Positions 10,549 to 18,716 of a stretch of 64,000 nt of DNA are shown here, in pieces. Made by a program: the position numbers and the translations under genes. The notes under the pieces are model-generated. The model searched no databases. It saw only the letters and a program-made list of their open reading frames with translations, and was not told where the DNA came from. The stretch is from Alphaproteobacteria bacterium (GTDB lineage: Bacteria > Pseudomonadota > Alphaproteobacteria > UBA828): assembly GCA_965221125.1 (NCBI GenBank), contig CBDCRW010000007.1, positions 448,001-512,000 of the forward strand. Direction: 5' to 3'. Each line of letters begins with the position of its first letter. The stretch's first letter is position 1.

Positions 10549-11952
10549 TCAGCCGGCCCACATGTTCTCGCGGACGAGGTCGTTCTGGGTGGCGATGATG
10601 CTCTCCCGCAGGGTCTCGACCAGCGTGTCGATCTGATCGCGGGTAAGCGTGAGCGGCGGCGAGAGCACGTTCATGTGGCCCAGCGGACGCACCAGCAGGC
10701 CGCGCTGCTGGCAGTGGCGGGTGATGCGGGCGCCGATCTTGGCGTCGGGCTCGAAGATCTCCCTGGTCTCCTTGTCCTTCACCGCCTCGACGCACATCAT
10801 GAACTTGTTGCCCCGCACGTCGCCGATCAGCGGCAGGGTCAGGAGCTCGTTCAGCCGCTCCTCGAAGTAGGGGCCGACCTCGCGCACGTGGCCGCACAGG
10901 TCCTCGCGCTCCATGATCTCGATGTTCTTGAGCGCGGCCGCGCAGGAGACTGGGTGCCCGGCGTAGGTGAAGCCGTGGGTGAAGAGCGCGCCGTCGGACT
11001 GCGGCACGCTGATGACCTCGTAGATCTCGTCGGAGAAGAGCGTCGCCGAGTGCGGGATGTAGCCCGAGGTCAGCCCCTTGGCCGAGGTGATGATGTCCGG
11101 CGTGATTCCGAACACGGGCTCGGAGGCGAAGAAGTGCCCGAGCCGGCCGAAGCCGGTCACCACCTCGTCCGATATGTAGAGCACCCCGTACTTCTCGCAC
11201 ACCGCCTTGGTGCGGGCGTGGTAGCCGGGCGGGGGCACGATCACCCCGCCGCCGCCCATGATCGGCTCGGCGATGAAGCAGGCCACGTTCTCCGGCCCCA
11301 GCTCCAGGATCTTGTTCTCGAGGTCGGCCACCTTCTCGTCGCAGAAGTCGTCCACGCTCATGCCGTCCGGGCGGCGATAGGTGTGGGGCGCCGGGACGTA
11401 GTGCACCAGGTCGGGCGCGAGATCGAAGCCGTCGTGGTCGAACTTCACCCCGGTCATGGTCATCGCGAGGTAGGTCGAGCCGTGGTAGGCGTCGACGCGC
11501 GAGATGATCTTCTTCTTCGTCCGCTTGCCGAGCCGGTTGAAATAGAAGTGGATGACGCGGATGGCGGTGTCGTTCGCCATCGAGCCGCCGGTGCCGTAGA
11601 AGACGTGGTTGATGGAGGCGGGCGCAAGCGCGGCGAGCTTCGCAGCAAGCTCCGCCGCCGGCGGCGTGGTCAGGTGCGTGAACGTCGAGTAGTAGGGGAT
11701 GCGGCGCACCTGGTCGGCCATCGCCTGCGCCATCTCGTCCCGGCCGTAGCCGATGTTGACGCACCAGAGCCCGCCGATGCCGTCCATGTAGCGCTCGCCT
11801 TCGGCGTTGTAGACGTAGACGCCCTCGGCCTCGGCCATGACCTCGGAGCCTTCCTGCTTGAAGGTCGAGAAGTCGGTCCAGGGATGGATGTTGTGGTCGC
11901 GGTCCTTCTGGCGAAGGTCCTCGTTGTCGTACTGGGTGAAATTGGCCCTCAT
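10549..11952 (-). CDS. Class III (omega-amine) aminotransferase
   Basis: GAGGAGG RBS before MRANFT; DGIGGLWCVNIGYG, AEPIMGGGG, DEVVTGFGRLG, SAKGLTSGY, HGFTYAGHP. Confidence 0.92.
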   Translation of the reverse strand: MRANFTQYDNEDLRQKDRDHNIHPWTDFSTFKQEGSEVMAEAEGVYVYNAEGERYMDGIGGLWCVNIGYGRDEMAQAMADQVRRIPYYSTFTHLTTPPAAELAAKLAALAPASINHVFYGTGGSMANDTAIRVIHFYFNRLGKRTKKKIISRVDAYHGSTYLAMTMTGVKFDHDGFDLAPDLVHYVPAPHTYRRPDGMSVDDFCDEKVADLENKILELGPENVACFIAEPIMGGGGVIVPPPGYHARTKAVCEKYGVLYISDEVVTGFGRLGHFFASEPVFGITPDIITSAKGLTSGYIPHSATLFSDEIYEVISVPQSDGALFTHGFTYAGHPVSCAAALKNIEIMEREDLCGHVREVGPYFEERLNELLTLPLIGDVRGNKFMMCVEAVKDKETREIFEPDAKIGARITRHCQQRGLLVRPLGHMNVLSPPLTLTRDQIDTLVETLRESIIATQNDLVRENMWAG

Positions 11953-12133
11953 CGCGCCCTCCTCTTGCTCCACGCCGCACCGGGAATTGGCTGGGCGAGA
12001 GCCTATCGCGAGCGGCGCGCCACGTCGAACCGAGATTGCGACAACCGAGGTTGCGGGGAGCGCGACCGTGGCCCGGCCGCGCGCCATTCGGCATACTGCG
12101 GGCCTCGCAGGGCAAGGGCTGGGGAGGCCGGAC

Positions 12134-12757
12134 ATGCTGGTCGTTTGGGGCCGCAAGAACTCGATCAACGTGCAGAAGGTGATGTGGTGCGTGGGCGAAC
12201 TCGGCCTCGCGCACGAGCGGAAGGACGTGGGCGGCCCCTTCGGCGGGCTGGATACGGAGGAGTACGGCGCGCTCAACCCGAACCGGCGCATCCCCACAAT
12301 CGTCGATGGCGACGGCACCACCGTCTGGGAATCGCACAGCTGCGTGCGCTACATCGCGGCGCGCTATGGTGCAGGCCACCTCTGGCCCGAAGACCCCTCG
12401 GCCCGCGCCCGCGCGGACCTCTGGCTCGACTGGATGCAGACGACGCTGCTGCCCAATCTCGCGCCGGTCTTCATCGGCCTCATCCGCACGCCCGAGGCGG
12501 AGCGCGACACGGCGAAGATCGAGCGCAGCGTCCGCGCCATGGGGGAGAGCTGGCGCATTCTCGACGCGCACATGGAGGGGCGGCGCTTCGTCGCGGCCGA
12601 CGATCTCACCATGGGCGACATCGCGGCCGGCGCCGCCTGCTACCGCTACCACGCGCTGGGCATCGAGCGTCCCGCGCTCCCCAACATCGCGGTCTGGTAC
12701 GAGCGGCTGCAGGAGCGCGCGCCCTTCCGCACCCACGTGATGATCCCGCTGAGTTAG
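12134..12757 (+). CDS. Glutathione S-transferase (GstB-like)
   Basis: MLVVWGRKNSINVQKV, NPNRRIP, WESHSCVRY. Confidence 0.92.
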   Translation: MLVVWGRKNSINVQKVMWCVGELGLAHERKDVGGPFGGLDTEEYGALNPNRRIPTIVDGDGTTVWESHSCVRYIAARYGAGHLWPEDPSARARADLWLDWMQTTLLPNLAPVFIGLIRTPEAERDTAKIERSVRAMGESWRILDAHMEGRRFVAADDLTMGDIAAGAACYRYHALGIERPALPNIAVWYERLQERAPFRTHVMIPLS

Positions 12758-12806
12758 CCGGCCGGCACCATTCGTCACCGGCATGCAAGTCGGCCGCGAC
12801 AAGGCA

Positions 12807-12836
12807 TTGACCAGCCCGGCCCGAGTGTGTTTCCAT
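12807..12836 (+). promoter_or_regulatory. Possible sigma70 promoter for the riboswitch-osmC transcript
   Basis: TTGACC (-35) at 12807 with a weak -10 (TTCCAT) 18 nt downstream, about 17 nt before the aptamer. Confidence 0.3.
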
Positions 12837-12852
12837 CCGGGCACAGGACGCG

Positions 12853-12931
12853 CTCATCCAGAGCGGTGGAGGGACAGGCCCTTTGAAGCCGCGGCAACCG
12901 CCGAGAGCGGTGCCAATGCCTGATCGATGAG
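12853..12931 (+). ncRNA. SAM-I (S-box) family riboswitch, lacking P4
   Basis: CTCATC-CAGAG-CGGTGGAGGGACAGGCCCTTTGAAGCCGC-GGCAACCGC(CGAGA)GCGGTGCC-AATGCCTG-ATC-GATGAG; P1 CTCATC/GATGAG, kink-turn P2, P3 with the CAACC/GGTG core, pseudoknot CAGGC/GCCTG. Confidence 0.88.
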
Positions 12932-13000
12932 TCAGCCGAAGGCGGAACTCCGCTTCTCGGCGCTCGTAGAGCGCGTAGGAGACGAGAGGAGTAACGCCGG

Positions 13001-13066
13001 ATGACGACTCTGTGCGCCCGACCAATCGCCCCTCCGGGGGCCGCGTCCCGATTCTGCTGTACCTAG
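13001..13066 (+). CDS. Putative Cys-rich leader peptide MTTLCARPIAPPGAASRFCCT
   Basis: GAGAGGAG RBS 9 nt upstream of the ATG; tandem TGC TGT codons one codon before TAG; followed immediately by hairpins. Confidence 0.55.
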   Translation: MTTLCARPIAPPGAASRFCCT

Positions 13067-13193
13067 GCTACCCGTCGTAGCCGTTCCCACCGGGTGAGAG
13101 CGATGGAGACCCTGCGGTCCTCCACGCGTCTGGCTCCGCCAGCGAGAGCGGCGGTGTTGGCGCCCGACAACCATGTCCAAGAGGAGAAGTTCA

Positions 13194-13757
13194 ATGTCCG
13201 ATTCAGACACAGCCGCCAGCCTTAACGGCGTCAACGTCGAGCACCTGCTGGGTGCCCGCAATGCCCTGGGCGAGACGCCCGAAGCCGGCCAGTTCAAGTG
13301 GCGCGTCACCAACGAGTGGCTCCACGGCACGCACAGCAAGACCCACGTGGAGGGCTACTTCGGGCTCGGCGGCGAGCACGACCACAAGGCGGACTACACG
13401 TTCGAATCCGATCATCCCCTGGTGTTCGCGGCCGAGGACAACGCCGCCACGCCGGTGGAAATCGTGCTCACGGGTCTCGCGAGCTGCCTGACCGCAGGCG
13501 TCGCGGCGGTCGCGCAGGTGCGGGAGATCCAGCTCCGTTCGGTCAAGGCCACGGTCGAGGCCGACATGGATATCGCCGGCATCCTGGGCGCCGATCCCGA
13601 GGTGCGGAACGGCTTCAGCAACGTCCGCGTCACCTATGATATCGACGCCGACGGCACGCCCGACGATATCAAGGCGCTGGTCGCCCAGTCGCAGAAGCGT
13701 TCGGCGGTCTACGACATCCTGACCAACCCGACGAACGTGACCGTCGACGTGACCTAG
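13194..13757 (+). CDS. OsmC family protein
   Basis: GAGGAG RBS; NGVN, SDHPLVF, TPVEIVLTGLASCLTAG, SQKRSAVYD (single-Cys OsmC-like subfamily). Confidence 0.85.
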   Translation: MSDSDTAASLNGVNVEHLLGARNALGETPEAGQFKWRVTNEWLHGTHSKTHVEGYFGLGGEHDHKADYTFESDHPLVFAAEDNAATPVEIVLTGLASCLTAGVAAVAQVREIQLRSVKATVEADMDIAGILGADPEVRNGFSNVRVTYDIDADGTPDDIKALVAQSQKRSAVYDILTNPTNVTVDVT

Positions 13758-13765
13758 CCTTCGCC

Positions 13766-14998
13766 GTGCGTACCACGGCCGTCGTAGTGGGCGCCGGGCA
13801 TGCCGGCCTCGCCGTGAGCCATTGCCTCGCCGCGCGCGGCATCGATCACGTGGTGATCGAGCGCGGCGAGGTGGCGCACACGTGGCGGACGGAACGCTGG
13901 GATTCCCTGCGCCTGCTCACGCCCAACTGGCAGACCAGGGTGCCCGGCCTCGCCTACGACGGTGACGACCCCGACGGCTTCATGACCATGGCCGAGGTGG
14001 TGGCGTTCATCGAACGCTACGCCCGGCTCGTCGCGCCCCCGCTGGAAACCGGCACCACGGTCGAATCGCTCACGCGCAACGGCGACGGCTACGAGGTAGC
14101 GACGGATCGGGGCACGTGGCTATGCCGGGCGGTGGTGATCGCCTCCGGCGGGTTCAACCGGCCCAAGCTGCCGCCTGTCGCGGCGGCGCTCCCCGGCGGG
14201 ATCGAGTCCGTGACGCCGATGGACTACAGGCAGCCCTCGGCGCTGCCCGACGGCGGTGCGCTGGTGGTGGGCGCGTCGGCCACGGGCGTGCAGATCGCGG
14301 ACGAGGTCCACCGCTCCGGGCGGCCGGTGACGCTCGCGGTGGGCGAGCACGTGCGCATGCCGCGCATCTACCGGGGCAAGGACATCCTCTGGTGGATGGA
14401 CCGCACCGGGCTGCACGACGAGCGCTACGACGAGGTCGACGACATCCTGCGCGCGCGGCGGGTGCCGTCGCCGCAACTTGTGGGCACGCCCGAGCGGGCG
14501 ACGCTCAATCTCAACACGCTCACCGATCAGGGCGTGCGCCTCGTGGGCTCGCTCGCCGGATTCTCGGACGGCAAGGCGCAGTTCTCGGGCTCGCTCCTCA
14601 ACAAGTGCACGCTCGCCGACCTGAAGCAGGTCCGGCTGCTCAACACCATCGACGAGTGGGTCGACGAGAACGGACACGGCGACGGCGTGGAGCCGCCGCA
14701 CCGCTTCGAGGCGACGCGGGTGGAGGAATCGCCGCCGCTCACCCTCGACCTCGCGCAGGAGGGGATCCGCACGGTGATCTGGGCGACCGGGTACGAGCCC
14801 GATCACTCCTGGATCGACCTCCCCGTCTTCGACCACAAGGGGCGGCTGCGCCACGACGGCGGCGTGGTGAAGGGGGCGCCCGGCGTCTACCGCATCGGCC
14901 TCAATTTCCTGCGGCGGCGCAAGTCGAGCTTCATCCACGGCACCGGGGACGACGCCCGCGACCTGACGGAGCACCTGGCCGGACACGTCGGGGCCTGA
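13766..14998 (+). CDS. Flavin-containing monooxygenase / FAD-dependent oxidoreductase
   Basis: GAGHAG, RWDSLRLLTPNW, VGASATG, IWATGY. Confidence 0.85.
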   Translation: MRTTAVVVGAGHAGLAVSHCLAARGIDHVVIERGEVAHTWRTERWDSLRLLTPNWQTRVPGLAYDGDDPDGFMTMAEVVAFIERYARLVAPPLETGTTVESLTRNGDGYEVATDRGTWLCRAVVIASGGFNRPKLPPVAAALPGGIESVTPMDYRQPSALPDGGALVVGASATGVQIADEVHRSGRPVTLAVGEHVRMPRIYRGKDILWWMDRTGLHDERYDEVDDILRARRVPSPQLVGTPERATLNLNTLTDQGVRLVGSLAGFSDGKAQFSGSLLNKCTLADLKQVRLLNTIDEWVDENGHGDGVEPPHRFEATRVEESPPLTLDLAQEGIRTVIWATGYEPDHSWIDLPVFDHKGRLRHDGGVVKGAPGVYRIGLNFLRRRKSSFIHGTGDDARDLTEHLAGHVGA

Positions 14999-15013
14999 CG
15001 CGCCGCTGGAACC

Positions 15014-15188
15014 AGAGCGTTTCCGTTTACACGGAAGCGCTCTGACTATTTATCGCTCACGGCGGCCGGCCGTCGCGCGATTCCGCGCGCCTACCGGCGC
15101 GACGGCCGGCGCCTCCGCGAGGGCGCCGCATTCGCGGCGGGCCGCGGTCGCGGCCTGTCGCGCATCCGTCAAAGACGGACGCGCTCTA
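15014..15188. mobile_element. Hairpin-ended MITE/REP-like element, copy 1 (Bru-RS/RIME-like)
   Basis: Left hairpin CAGAGCGTTTCCGT-TTAC-ACGGAAGCGCTCTG; right hairpin GCGCATCCGTC-AAA-GACGGACGCGC-TCTA; terminal AGAGCG/CGCTCT inverted repeat; homologous ends at 45035-45367. Confidence 0.6.
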
Positions 15189-15650
15189 AGCCTCCGCCCA
15201 GCCGTCCTTGTGGGCGCAAAAAGTCTTCACATCGAACACCGTGTGGGCGAAGAGCCAGTGGCCGTCCCGCTTCACGAGCCGGTCGTCGTAGGTCGCGAAG
15301 ATCCAGCGGGCCTCGTCCTTGCCCTCGTCGTTCAGCGCCGTGCACGGCATCAGCAGCCACCACTGGCCGCGCGCGGTGTCCCCGTCCACGTCGATGATCT
15401 CGTTCAGCGACAGATGGGCGGCGAAGCTGATCTGCTTGCCGACCTCGCGCACCATGTTGCCGAAGGCCTCGGCGCCCTCCTGCCGGCCGAATGCCTCGCC
15501 GCCGTCCCAGACCGCGTCGGGCGTCATCAGCGTCACGATGCCGTCCGCGTCGTAGCCGGCATCGGCATAGGCCATGTAGCGGTGCTTGAGGCGGCGGATG
15601 GCCTCGATGTCCTCGAGCCGCTGGATGCGCTCCTCCAGGGCGGCGCTCAT
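15186..15650 (-). CDS. SnoaL-like/NTF2 family protein (LinA/BaiE-like)
   Basis: MSAALEERIQRLEDIEAIRRLKHRY...AD...DAVWDGG...FAAH...IDVDGD.ARGQW...YDDRLVKRDGHWLF. Confidence 0.85.
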   Translation of the reverse strand: MSAALEERIQRLEDIEAIRRLKHRYMAYADAGYDADGIVTLMTPDAVWDGGEAFGRQEGAEAFGNMVREVGKQISFAAHLSLNEIIDVDGDTARGQWWLLMPCTALNDEGKDEARWIFATYDDRLVKRDGHWLFAHTVFDVKTFCAHKDGWAEA

Positions 15651-16117
15651 GCGTCGGCCTCCACCCAGCCGTCCTTGTGCGGCTTCACGAAGTGGATGGT
15701 CGCGTTCAGCCTCTCGAACATCCACTCGCCGTCGCGGCGGACGTAGCGGTCGTCGTACTCGCCGAGCAGCCAGATGGCCGTCTTGACGCCGTCGATCATC
15801 ATGGTGGCCGGCATGATGATCCACCACTGGCCGTGCGCGCCATCGCCGTCCACGTCGATCCGCTCGTTCATCACGAGGTGGCCGGCGAAGACGATCTGCG
15901 ACGAGACGCCGGCGAAGAAGGTGCGGATCGCCTCGCGCCCTTCGTAGCGCCCGAAATCGTCGCCGCCATCCCAGACGCCGTCCTCGACGAACTGGGAGGC
16001 GATGCCGTCCGGGTCGTAGCCCGCGTCGCAGTAGGCGCAGTACTGGTGCTTGAGCCGCTTGATCGCCTCGATGGATTCGAGCGTGTCGACGCGGCGTTCG
16101 AGGTCGCTCACCGCCAT
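15647..16117 (-). CDS. SnoaL-like/NTF2 family protein (LinA/BaiE-like)
   Basis: IEAIKRLKHQYCAYCD...FAGH...IDVDGD.AHGQW...GEYDDRYVRRDGEW; paralog of the adjacent gene. Confidence 0.85.
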   Translation of the reverse strand: MAVSDLERRVDTLESIEAIKRLKHQYCAYCDAGYDPDGIASQFVEDGVWDGGDDFGRYEGREAIRTFFAGVSSQIVFAGHLVMNERIDVDGDGAHGQWWIIMPATMMIDGVKTAIWLLGEYDDRYVRRDGEWMFERLNATIHFVKPHKDGWVEADA

Positions 16118-16216
16118 GTCGGTCTCCCTTCAGTCTTGCGGTGCATGGTCGGCGGCACCCGAGGGTGCCGCGCGAAGGACTGGGGCCGGCAGATATGCCC
16201 GCCGGCCCCATGGGCG

Positions 16217-17404
16217 CTAGTTCTTGAGAATGACGTCTTTCGGAATCGGGCCTGCGGTGACGTAGCCCTCCATCCGGGTCTTGCCGTCGTCGGTGCAGAC
16301 GATGGCGTAGCGCGCCTTGTCCTGGATGTGGAGCCGGTCGGAGAAGCTGCGCGGGCCCATCAGCGTGGGCTCGTCCGTGAACTTCTCCATCTCGGCCGTG
16401 ACCGCCGCCGAATCCACCGTGCCCGCACGCTCGACCGCCTTGGCCCAGAGGTCCATCAGCACGTAGCCCGCGATGGGGAGCGAGGTGGCGGTCGGCCCGC
16501 CTTCCTTGGCCTCCAGCTTCTTGAAGAACGCATCGACTTCTTCGCCGACGCCGCCGTATAGCGAGCTGAACGCGGCCGCGCAGAAGTTACTGAGGTTCGG
16601 CACGGCGTCGAGCCAGTAGTGGCCGTCCATCGCGACGCCCGAGACGATCAGCGTCTCGATTCCTGAGGCCCGCATCTGCTTGATGGCGGATGCCGCGCCC
16701 GGCACGTAGGAGCACACCGCGATCACGTCCGGCACGGTATCCAGCGCCTTGATGCGGTCGATCTGACCCTGGATCGAGGGGTCGTTGTTCTGGAACACGT
16801 CGAGGCCCAGCATCGTGGTGCCTTCCAGGCGCGGCCAGGCCCACTCGAAGCCGGCGCAGACCGACTTGTTGTACTCGATGGTGTCGTCGCGCAGCAGGTA
16901 GGCCGTGCGCGCGCCCCGGTTCTCGTAGGCGAAGGTGGCGATGGAGGCGCCGTCGAGATGCGCCGCCTGGCCGCCGGTGAACGCGAAGGGGCCGATGCCC
17001 TCGATGCCCGCCTTGGCGTCGCCCGCGCAGAGGAAGAGCGAGATGAGGCCCGCGTTCTGCGCCACGTTGGCGGCCGGCGCGCCCATGTCGAAGTCGCAGT
17101 CGACGAAGACCACGTTCGCGCCGTCGTCGACGACGATCTGGCCCGCCTTGACGCCTTCCTCGCGCTCGGACTTGGAGTCCGCCTGCGCGATCACGAGCTG
17201 CTTGCCGAGCAGGCCGCCGGCAGCGTTGATCTCCTCGAGCCTGATCTGGGCCGCGAGCGTCGCGGGGCCGGTATAGGCCGCCTGCCACCCGCTGGTCGAG
17301 ACGGCGAAGCCCACCACGATCTCGTGGTCGTCAGCCTGTGCAACGGCGGCCCCGCCGGCGACGAGTGCGCCGGCCATGACGGCGCCCACCATTCGTTTCA
17401 ACAT
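16217..17404 (-). CDS. Branched-chain amino acid-type (LivK-like) ABC substrate-binding protein
   Basis: GGGAGA RBS, signal peptide MLKRMVGA, EEINAAGGLLGKQL motif. Confidence 0.85.
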   Translation of the reverse strand: MLKRMVGAVMAGALVAGGAAVAQADDHEIVVGFAVSTSGWQAAYTGPATLAAQIRLEEINAAGGLLGKQLVIAQADSKSEREEGVKAGQIVVDDGANVVFVDCDFDMGAPAANVAQNAGLISLFLCAGDAKAGIEGIGPFAFTGGQAAHLDGASIATFAYENRGARTAYLLRDDTIEYNKSVCAGFEWAWPRLEGTTMLGLDVFQNNDPSIQGQIDRIKALDTVPDVIAVCSYVPGAASAIKQMRASGIETLIVSGVAMDGHYWLDAVPNLSNFCAAAFSSLYGGVGEEVDAFFKKLEAKEGGPTATSLPIAGYVLMDLWAKAVERAGTVDSAAVTAEMEKFTDEPTLMGPRSFSDRLHIQDKARYAIVCTDDGKTRMEGYVTAGPIPKDVILKN

Positions 17405-17527
17405 CGACGATCTCCCTCCGGTTCCCCTGGCAGTTGCGTTGCGGCGGGCTCCACGCGCCGCCGCGCCGGACGCACATAGCGTCCGGCGCCTCAAGGTAGC
17501 GGGCGCCGGCAGGGTGCGGCAACCGTG

Positions 17528-18654
17528 TGTCCTAGTTCAGGGCTTATGAGACGGCTGGGTTTCGTTGGCTGTGATCTGAGCAAGGTATTCGGCTGGTGTT
17601 TGTCCGCCAAGGGCGTGGTGTGGCCTGAAGCTGTTGAACTCGTCGGCGAAGGCGTCGATCCATCGGTTGATGTCCTTGAGGCTGTCGCTGGGCAGCTCCC
17701 AGGTAGCGTAGAACTCGTAGCGCCAGGCGCCGTTGTTGCGCTCGACATGGCCGTTGAGTTCGGGCGTGCGGGGCGGCAGCTCGTAGAGGGCGATGCCGCG
17801 CCGCGCGCATTCGGCCTCGAAGTCGGCCTTGAACTCCGATCCGCCATCGACCTGGATGGCCTGGATGGGGAAGGGCATGTCGGCCTGGAGCTTGTCGAGG
17901 AAGTTCTTGGCGTTGTGCGCGCTGGCGCGTCGGAAGGCTTGGGCGCAGGTCCACTTGGCGAGCGGATCGCAGGCGGTGAACTGCTTGAGTGTGCGCCGCT
18001 CTGCGCCGAGAGAGACGCTGAGCGTGTCGAGCTGGACGATCTCGCCGGGCCGGCTCGGCCTCAGGCCCTTGGGCAGGCGCCTGGCGTGGGGCCGCTTGCG
18101 GCGGACGCCATGGCGGCGGCGGCGCAGGGTGGGCACGGGCACGACCCGGCCTCGGGCGACCAGCATCGCCAGGATGCGGCCTACGGTGCTCTCCGAGACG
18201 ACCCAGCCCTCGCGGCGCAACAGGACGACCAGCTTGGCCTTGCCCCACATCGGATAGTCGCGGCGCATGGCCTCGACCGCCTCCACCAGCGCCGGCGACC
18301 AGGTCGGCCGGCGCAGCCGGTGGGGCCGGCGCGAGCCGGGCTCCGGGCGCTTCGCCCAGCGATAGAGGGTGGCGCGCGGCACGCCGACCGCCTCTGCGGC
18401 ATCGGCGGCACTCAGTCCCCGCGCTCGGGCCTGCTGCCAACGCATAAGCGCATCGCGCCTGATCGCCGCTGCGCTGTCGGGGGGCTCCGCGCCGATCAGG
18501 CGCGACCCGACCATCGCGTTTCGGATAACATGGCGGGGCAGGCTTCTGACCTGCATGGGGGCCTCCTTCAGGCTGCTTCGGTTCGCACCAACAGCCTCGG
18601 AGACCCCCACCCCCACTTCAAGGGGCCCGTCTCATATCTCTCTGAACTCGGTCA
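17528..18654 (-). mobile_element. IS481-family insertion sequence
   Basis: Imperfect IRs TGTCCTAGTTCAGGGCTTATGAGACGG and (reverse complement) TGACCGAGTTCAGAGAGATATGAGACGG; 5-bp direct repeat CCGTG at 17523-17527 and 18655-18659. Confidence 0.88.
17537..18556 (-). CDS. IS481-family transposase
   Basis: N-terminal HTH (VPRATLYRW); rve core PGEIVQLD, QVDGGSEF, LNGHVERNN, RPHHALGGQTPAE; GAAGGAGG RBS before MQVRSL. Confidence 0.88.
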   Translation of the reverse strand: MQVRSLPRHVIRNAMVGSRLIGAEPPDSAAAIRRDALMRWQQARARGLSAADAAEAVGVPRATLYRWAKRPEPGSRRPHRLRRPTWSPALVEAVEAMRRDYPMWGKAKLVVLLRREGWVVSESTVGRILAMLVARGRVVPVPTLRRRRHGVRRKRPHARRLPKGLRPSRPGEIVQLDTLSVSLGAERRTLKQFTACDPLAKWTCAQAFRRASAHNAKNFLDKLQADMPFPIQAIQVDGGSEFKADFEAECARRGIALYELPPRTPELNGHVERNNGAWRYEFYATWELPSDSLKDINRWIDAFADEFNSFRPHHALGGQTPAEYLAQITANETQPSHKP

Positions 18655-18716
18655 CCGTGCGCCTGAGCGCTCGTCGATCTCGGCTATTGGATGGTGCCGG
18701 GGAGGGGCCCCGCGCG

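Noticed and set aside
13067-13190. Second riboswitch (glycine or SAM) in the osmC leader
   Set aside because: Several hairpins are present, but no recognisable conserved aptamer core; better explained as an expression platform.
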